Assembly: GCA_964276515.1 (NCBI GenBank)
Contig: OZ193910.1
Location: 2,728,001-2,792,000 of the forward strand
Direction of reading: 5' to 3'
Length of the DNA stretch: 64,000 nt
Source of the DNA: Gordius albopunctatus
Lineage: Eukaryota
A program made the position numbers and the translations under genes. The notes beneath the pieces are model-generated. The model was given only the letters and a program-made list of their open reading frames with translations, ran no database searches and was not told where the DNA came from. Of the stretch, positions 55,901 to 64,000 are shown in pieces. Numbering within the stretch: position 1 is the stretch's first letter; every line of letters starts with the position of its first letter.

Positions 55901-58900
55901 GGCAGTTTTGTAAATTCATCAAATTTAATTACATGAGCAGAAATGTCTTTGATGAATGCGTTGCATATAGACACATTAACTTTATACAGAAATGTTGTTT
56001 TTTTATCTTTAGACCTAATAACTCGTTCTCACTTATATATATTCGATAATTCGAATTGCTCCCCTATAGAGAAAACTCACTTTTGTTGTCTTATTATAAA
56101 TATATGCCTTTAAATGTATTGATATCGAAAATTTTAAATTTCTGAGCATTCTACATTTAAAATGAGCCTATTAAATTTAATTTATTGAACACTTTTAAAA
56201 AAAATTTTACCATGCCCTTTAATAAAATACTTGGCAAATTTTACTGGACATATTTGAATTAATACTGAGCATTTAAACAACATTTTTATAATATATATTT
56301 TGCATGTTATGTGCTTATGAATCAAGGTGACATCGCGGATAATACGGAAACTAACGTTATCGCCTTCCGCAGAACAATCTATTTGACCATTCATTCTTCA
56401 CTCACCCCCGACGAGTGTGCCCACAAACTGCTGAGAATGGACATCAAACCTGGCCTAGAGGTATTGCCCATTGATATTAAGTTTTCGGAGCCCTATTGCT
56501 TAAATTGATTCAGAAATTTTTGCTGATATGTATTTTTATTCAGTGAAGGTTCTTGAGTTTAGAATATTTGAAATTATTTTGTTTTTTCAGACTCATTTTT
56601 GTGCCATTTTGTTGTGTGATTCTAAGGTTGGATTCTAAATTAATATATTTTTATGGTTAGGTCTGGGTTGTGTTTTGGATTTTAATTGCAGTTATGGTAC
56701 GTTATTATTAAAGGAATTTTAAAAAGAATGCAATGAGGTAAAAGGTTTGAGAGTCTTTTAAGCTTGAATTTATTAAATGATCAATTTAGAATAGCAATTA
56801 TAACTTCGATTGAAATTCCCTAAAGATTATAATACTTTTCTGTTTTTTCACCAACTCAATAATATTCTTGTCAAAATATATCTAATATAAAGCTCAAAAT
56901 AACGACATACCCCCGAAATAGCCGTATAAATGAATTTTGACGTAATAATAAATAGAAATATTTTAATTTGAAAAACCAAACGATTTTTTGCTAAGCAATC
57001 ACGTTTTATTTGTAATTTAATTATAATATTCCAATTTCAAAATGGTCACGTAAACTGGTAAATATGATAAAATAGGCGATTTCGTTACCTAAACATTGTG
57101 ATTCGCTTTTATTGGTAATCATTATGTATTTTATAGCTCGTAATTTGTTTATTTTAAAAGACTACCCACCCGTGTTTTTCCTCAAATTAATGTTTTGAAA
57201 CATTTATGCATGTTTACATCTTCCGGTCCTGTATTTAGGAAGAATTAGCTGCCATGATATTGGATTGCTGTGCGCAAGAAAGGACGTACAAAAAGTTTTT
57301 TGGATCCTTGGCCGATGTAAAATTTTGAATTTTTATCCTTTTCATTATATTTAAATTTCTTACTTTATTAATCCAACTCAAGTTAGTAACTTGCTTAATC
57401 TTTTGAAACGGTCCTTTATCCTGACATTTTTGGGACAAAACTTTCTTAAACTCACCTAAGATGTATTTAATTTTATCAGATACCTCATCGTACTGTGTAC
57501 ACATGGTTTTTCTTTACTTTTGCCCTTTTGACTCTCCTCGCGCACACTGGCGGAGAGATAGCTCGCGAAAGATAACGCTCTTTCGCTCTCCTTGATTCGC
57601 ATGCAACTTAATCCTTCCCTTACTTTGTATGTCTTTTCGCCACTCTTTCATTTGACCCCGCACCTTTTTATCATTTGGTGGCTATTCTCCGAAATTTGTC
57701 GTTTTTGGCTAAATTTTTTGATGATTCAAAAGTTGCACGCGGAGTATCCCACTAGTGTGCGGGACAGAGTGTAGAAGTGCAAAAGTAATGAAAACCCCTG
57801 TAAAATAGCATTACATCGATAAGAAGAAGGGCTATAGAGTAATGTTTTGAGGGGGAGGAGGGTGAAATTATGATTTATAACAACTATCTGTAGTAATAAT
57901 TTTTTAACACCCTCGACAATTCCCGAAAATATATCTATGAAGAACATTAATTATGAGGGTAAAAATCTTCTTAAATATCTTTATATTATAATATTTTAAT
58001 TGGGGCGGGTGTAATCAATAATATAGCTATGGATATACGAATTTTTCGATAAATTTAATTTTCATTTTGAAGAAATTTTGCAAACTCAATCCGACATACC
58101 AGGAAATTTACGAAAAGATATTTATGCAATCCTACGAGACCGTTCATAGGCTGGAAGCCGCTAAAATAAAGAATATGAGCAAATTTTTTGCCGCACTCTT
58201 TTACTGTGACTCCATATCTTGGAAGGTAAAGTCAAGTCTTTTTTTACATACAAAAGAGCAGCTGAAACCGTTTTTTTAGTTTATTGGGGTCAGTATGACC
58301 GCTACGAGTTGAACAAAATTTAGAGTTGGTGGATGATGGTGAGATTGAATTTTGTATTCTCTTGCCAAATCTTATTATTCCATTAAAACCACACACATAC
58401 ATGATTTATTTATGTTTTAGGAGTATTTGTAGCTTTCATCTTGCTAGAATAGATTAAAGGCTGCTGCCTATTTGAAATAGCTATTATTTTGCTGCCATAA
58501 ATTAGCCTAAATTTAGTTGCTTAATTATGTCAGTTTCTCTCAATCTCAATTCATTTGCCCAAATGCACTAGCGTTGTAAAAATCTCTAGGTTTCGTTTTA
58601 GTCGACAAAGCATTAACAGACTAAAGGTTTTTGCTCTTTTTTTGCTTGAGCCTTAGTTGAACTAAAGGTGAACCGAATCAAACAAACCCAGCCGTTTTAC
58701 AACATTTATAGGCACATTTTAAAATGAGCCATAATTCAGGTTAGAAGTTGAGCTTTTACATAATTTGGGTGAATCTTCATAAACAAAATTTCTTGCCCCT
58801 TTCATATTTTCTCTTACAACATCCATCCATAATTTACACTAGGCGTTGGAATGCGTTAAATTGACTGACCCAGAAACAACCTCTTCTAGCCGTATTTTCA

Positions 58901-60458
58901 TCAAGTACATCTTTCAAGAACTAGCCGAATTCATTGGGATGGACGAGATGCTCAAACGCTTAAATGACGAGTAATGATACTTTCTCATCGAGTTAGAAAG
59001 GGGCTTTTGTTGGGAAAACTTCTTCGATTAAACGTTTAAAATTGCGTCGAAAAATCTTAGTTTTAAGTGTATATTCAATGAAAGCGCTATTATTAAGCTA
59101 ATTTTTGTTTAGACAATTAGAAAATTAATTATCTCTCGTTACTTGAAAGTACCAAATCGTAAATTAATCGTACACTTGACTATAATATCTTGGTAAACCC
59201 TTTTTCATTCGAGGTAGGCCGTTAAATGATGTACAAATTAACAGTCATTGTTTTAATAATTATTAGCAGCTATATTTGAGAAGAAAAGCAATAATTAACC
59301 ATGGATTTCGTTAATTTACAGAACTATGGTAGCCCATTTCCAGGGATTGTTCCCCAAAGACGACCCCCAAAACATGATTATGGCCATCAACTTTTTCACT
59401 ACGATCGGTTTAGGACCACTTACGTAACTTTTAAAATATTTACGTGATATCTTTAAAAAATCACTTTTTAGCAATTTTGTATTTGAAACTCTAATAAAAT
59501 TATATTTCCTACGGGTTTCATTATCTTTTATGGCAATAAATTTCTTTATACAAATTACGTAAAAAATTTTATAGTTTATTTCTACACCCATCTTTTTTTT
59601 TAAAGTATAAATTAGCGAATAGTTTTGAATGTTATAAATTTTGAATATACTTTTCGATTTGAACTTGAAGTCCGTTATAATTTAAGTATTTTTTAGGATA
59701 ACTTTTTTAGTCAATTGCCCCAAAACCTTTTATTTTATTTTTTTATTTATATATTTTGTAGCGACGAATTGAGAAGTTTACTGGAAGCCAGTAAAAATGA
59801 GGAGAAAAAATTGCATCAACAGAGGGAAGAACAGTTATTGTTAGAAGCTGCAGCTCTTGAAGCGCTTTCATCCAGCTCCGCCTCTAGCGATTCAACTTCA
59901 GAAGAGTCTACTGACGAAAAGTTGCCCAGCGCACCTAAAGCTAAAACTAAGAAAATTACCTGTTTGACCAAAAAAATTAAGGTGAGCGATTTTTAAGAAA
60001 TTTTACGTTACATCTATGAATATTCAATCTTCAAATTGCAACAAAAAATAATACGATTTAAAGAGCGAAATTGTCCTCAAACTAAATTATATTAATGCTA
60101 CACGAATTAGGAATTATTATGGGTTTTATCTATTTAAATTTGTGACTATACTTTGGTATGAGTATTAAAAACGGGTTATTATATGCTTTTATAGGATTTA
60201 AATCAAATCACTTGTGTGGCATTCAATTCAACGCATTTTTGATATATATCATAGTGATATGTTTTTATTTTATCTCTTTCATTGCTGTTTAAGTCTGCAA
60301 AATAATGTTAATCTTTTGCGCAGGTTGACAAACGCAAGGAAGCAAAGCGTGTAAAAAAGCATCACAAACGCAGTCACACACACGGAGCGAAAGAAAAGAG
60401 GATTGCTAAAGCTAAGAAGAAGAGTGATAAAAAGGATAAAAAACACAAGAAGAAATAA
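49909..60458 (+). CDS. CWC22: Pre-mRNA splicing factor CWC22 (MIF4G + MA3), 14 exons
   Basis: Exons 49909-50279 (YIPPSKL), 50452-50674, 50853-50981, 52355-52490 (PTDDSIE..FLKECG), 53044-53147, 53725-53827 (EEDQFTH), 54319-54453, 56327-56460 ([19 protein letters not shown]), 57239-57316 (DCCAQERTY), 58073-58225, 58843-58970 ([10 protein letters not shown]), 59322-59423 (AINFFT.IGLG), 59762-59981, 60324-60458. Confidence 0.96.
52541..52643 (-). mobile_element. ~100-bp RTE 3'-end insertion in CWC22 intron 4
   Basis: Reverse complement of ~21980-22092, including the (AAG)n tail. Confidence 0.9.
54858..55326. mobile_element. MITE family B (TAGTGTTGTAAAA TIR) with a nested MITE at 54934-55212
   Basis: Outer ends TAGTTTGTAAAAA..TTTTTACAACACTA; inner TIR TAGACTACCGAACAGCT/AGCTGTTCGGCAGTCTA. 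Family B copies also occur near 781, 2326, 8960, 10491, 11935, 14810, 32449, 46041 and 58569. Confidence 0.75.
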
Positions 60459-61615
60459 GACCCATACTTAATTCTACAATTTTATTCAATTTTCCATCTA
60501 TTATATGCCATGTATTTATCCGATTCTTCATTTAAGTGATGTTTATTAAAGGTTATTATGTCGGAATTATTTTATCATATATATTAAAGTTTATGTAGCA
60601 TGAAAAATGTAATAATCTTTAGAGATCTATAGCTGTACATTTGAATCAATCTGAATATTATGCCTGGGAATAGCCTGCATTGGAATTGGAGGGGGGGGGG
60701 CAATAATGCATTAGGCACAGGCAAAATGATACTTTTTTGAATTTTAGCCATAATTTTAATAGTTTTTTGGGGGGATTTAGAGGGGGGCAGCCGTCCCTCC
60801 TTGCCCCCCCCCCCGCTTGGCTATGCTCATGATATTATGATTATGTTTCCAGATGCCGGTCAATTGAAATGGGACTGGGTGGGAAGAGGGCGTATTGAGA
60901 AAAGAGAACTTGGGGGGTTATAATTAATAACTAATATTTTACTTTATTTGATTTTGTGTATAATTTGAAATGTGTGATTTATTGTCTCATGGCGATATCT
61001 AGTCTGTGAATAAGCGATTGCGTTAACCCTGAAACTTAATAAAATTAGAGATGCAAGGAGCATATTGCTTCCGGTCAATGAGTTAAAAGCTTGACATGGG
61101 TATCACCAGTCTAAATTAAATCGGAGGCTGCCAAAAGTTTGATAAAGATTTTCTAAAATTTAAACCGTAATTTCGCTTAATATTTTGTGATTTAGGATTT
61201 GGGGAGGTATAAATTTAACATTAAATTTTATTAATGATTAGGGCAGAATCTTCGATAAATTTTGGATTGAGATAAACATTCAGACTAAATTGAAACATTT
61301 TTAATGTTCTTGGAAAAACGGTTTTATTGCTTCACCTTGATCACCCAAAAATTGTGCAACTTTAGATGGTAATTGTTAGGGGAACGTTTTTTGAGGCTAT
61401 ATTTTCGATGCTGTTTATTTGTAATCCTACAGGCCATTTAATGTTCTATAGAATTATAATTTATTTTTTTGTTTCACTCTTAAACTCCTCCCAGCACTAT
61501 ATATTTAGAGTATTTTCGAGTACATAGCGCTTATGCGATTAACACATCACCGTGGAATGCTCGCGTGAGCCTGTACACTGAGTTGCTGTGCGAGCTACTC
61601 GATGCACGCGGTAGT

Positions 61616-61817
61616 TAGAGTTGTTAAATTGCTAACTTTCTTCAAACTCCAGACGCGAGCACACACACTGAGTTGCTTAATATGCGCGTTAGCACAATAT
61701 ATGCTCGCTTTTGGTGCACTAGGCAGAGCAGTAGCATATAAAAATGCTCGAGGGCCGAGCAGAAACTCGAGCATATGGTACCTGGAGTTGAAGAAAGTTA
61801 GTAATATAACAACTCTA
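61616..61817. mobile_element. MITE family A, copy 5
   Basis: Same TIRs; perfect TSD GCGGTAGT. Confidence 0.92.
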
Positions 61818-64000
61818 GCGGTAGTACAGTAGCAGATAATAATGCTCGAGCGAGAGGTGAAGTCGATGCAGCGAAATCAATTCAGCAGAAACTCGAGCAG
61901 ATAGCAGATTTATTAGAAGCAATTCTATGAGTCAGTAACATTAACTACTTATTATAAGATATATTATGAATAAATTAAGAACTTTGCCCCCCCCCCCTAC
62001 ACGAGGCTCAGGTGGATAAATCAAAGGGTGAAGGAGAGGCCCCCCTCTTTGTCTTTATTAAAGCTAATCCTTGTCAAATAAATTTAACAGAACGTATTAT
62101 ATTTCTCAATTTTATGTCGGATCAAGTTCGGGTTGAAAAAATGTCTTTTTAGGTCTCTATACACTCACCAAGTTATGAAGCCCAGAATCTTTTGCACTTG
62201 ACTTTTAAAAATTGGATATTCTTTTGAAGTTTTTAAGGGGGCCTTAAAAATAATCGGGCAAAGTTTTTAAAGGGACTTTTTAAAATAAAATAAAACATTC
62301 TACCTGCTATAAAGGCTTTGCACTATATTTAGTTTAATAAAAAAGGTTTCAGAGTTTAACAATTAAATATGATTTCTAGCCGTGAACATGTAATGTCATA
62401 AACATTTTGATATCAATTAATTTTGTCAAAATTCGTGAAAAGGGATCACGGGTATGCCTATTATATTTGAGGGGGGGCACTTGCCCATCACCAGTTTTAA
62501 ATCACACGTCAGTACTGACATCGATTAAAAACCTCACAAATCGGTTCAACAGTCCAATATGTTCCTAACGAGCAATAAAATTTCAAAACCAATAATAATT
62601 TTAAAAAAAACGTTTGATTTATAGCTTTAATAATGATAATGATTTTTTTTCAGTTGTCATATAGGAATTCTCGTCCCTATCGAAGCGAGTTCATTACAGG
62701 TTGAACCTTTGCCTATATAAATTAGTCAGTTATCCCCATCCCATATTTGTATGCTGCCTTCTTGTCTACTACGCTAAAAGTATGGTACAACATCATATAC
62801 GCAAAAGAGACACCAAAGGCTAACTATAGCACATCCCTTGCAATAAAGTATTTAGGCATAGCATATATGTGTTTGCCAAGGGTGATGGAAGGGGCAGTTA
62901 TCCCCCCCCCTTTAAATTTATAAATACTTATGTAGCCAAATTAATAGTCTTGTTACCAAACTTTTTGTTCACAAGTCCCAAAATATATATTTAAAATCAG
63001 ATTGGTTGGTTTTTAAAACTAAGCAAATGTAATAATTTTCCGCTAAAAATGATAATTTGTTAAAGTGTGCCACATTGATTGTCTTTTCTGTTTTACAAGA
63101 AAAAATAATTCCTTTGTGTTGTGTTGGTTTCTAGTTTTGTATTTAGCTTATTTATGTAACTTTGTTTCTTGAAAATAAACTTTTTAACAAATTTGCAAGG
63201 AACCTAGTCAATGCGTACCCCTCCTGTAATAATGAGAACCATCTTGGGATTTAGAGGGGGGGCAATAATGATTTAGGGAGGGGCACAATTATAATTTTTA
63301 CCATAATTATAATAAATTTTGAAGAATTTTTGGATTAAGAGGGGGGCAATCGCCTTTCCCTGCAACCCCTGGCTGGCATTAAGCTTAATTTGCTATGAGT
63401 ACAGTCACAGGGTCCAGCCAAACCCATCTTGGCATTAAATATAAATGTGATATAATAAATCATTTTAACGACAACCTTCGTTTGACGACCATGCCTTTTT
63501 GGGTTTTAACTTTTTACGACTGGCTTGAACAGAAGTTTAGCCTGAGCAAGGCTTTTAAGGCAGCTGCCCCCACCCCCCTAAATTTGAAATTACTTTATCT
63601 TTAATATAGTTTGAGTTAAATTTCAATAATTTAACTATTTTGCCCCTAACCAACCTATTTGGCCTCTCCCTCTTTTTGAATCAAAGCTTATATGGGTTTA
63701 CGGGAGTGAATTCATCATAACAAACGATAAAAAATAATTCCAAAAAAGAAAGAGACTCTGAAATTTAATGGCCCCGCTAACGCGTTAGTTAGGAGGGAGT
63801 TCACCACAATTTTTACGAGGGTTCAAATTGAAGAAAAAAAAACAACCGTGTAAAGCAAGGCAGGCTCAACGAAAAATAAAAGTTTAGCTTACGTGAAGCA
63901 ATCCAAATAACATTGCATTGATTTATTTTGGTCAGCGGGCTCATAAACACATTTTATTACCCTTTTCAAATGTTTTTTTATATAACAACTCTTAAAGGGT

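Noticed and set aside
62650..63570. Possible 3' exons of a minus-strand gene
   Set aside because: No consistent spliced frame or recognisable homolog.

Overview
This is AT-rich, intron-containing animal DNA with a 200-N gap at 25753-25952. The species cannot be identified from the sequence alone. Hand splicing recovers five protein-coding genes that the ORF track mostly misses: a PLEKHD1-like PH/coiled-coil gene (minus, 5' end unresolved), a GOLIM4-like type II membrane protein, membralin/TMEM259, bystin and CWC22. There is also one tRNA-Pro(TGG). The rest is dense with transposons: five RTE LINE copies or fragments, several hAT MITE families with 8-bp TSDs, Tc1/mariner-like and piggyBac-like MITEs, Helitron/Helentron-like pieces including a tandem array, and gypsy, CRE-like and hAT coding remnants. 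Main observations: (1) the RTE family carries a twister ribozyme at its 5' end, and one copy begins at the predicted cleavage site; (2) runs of 30-43 nt GT-AG introns at gene 5' ends; (3) a 5'-to-3' CpG gradient within the housekeeping genes. All homology calls rest on recalled family motifs, not database searches.
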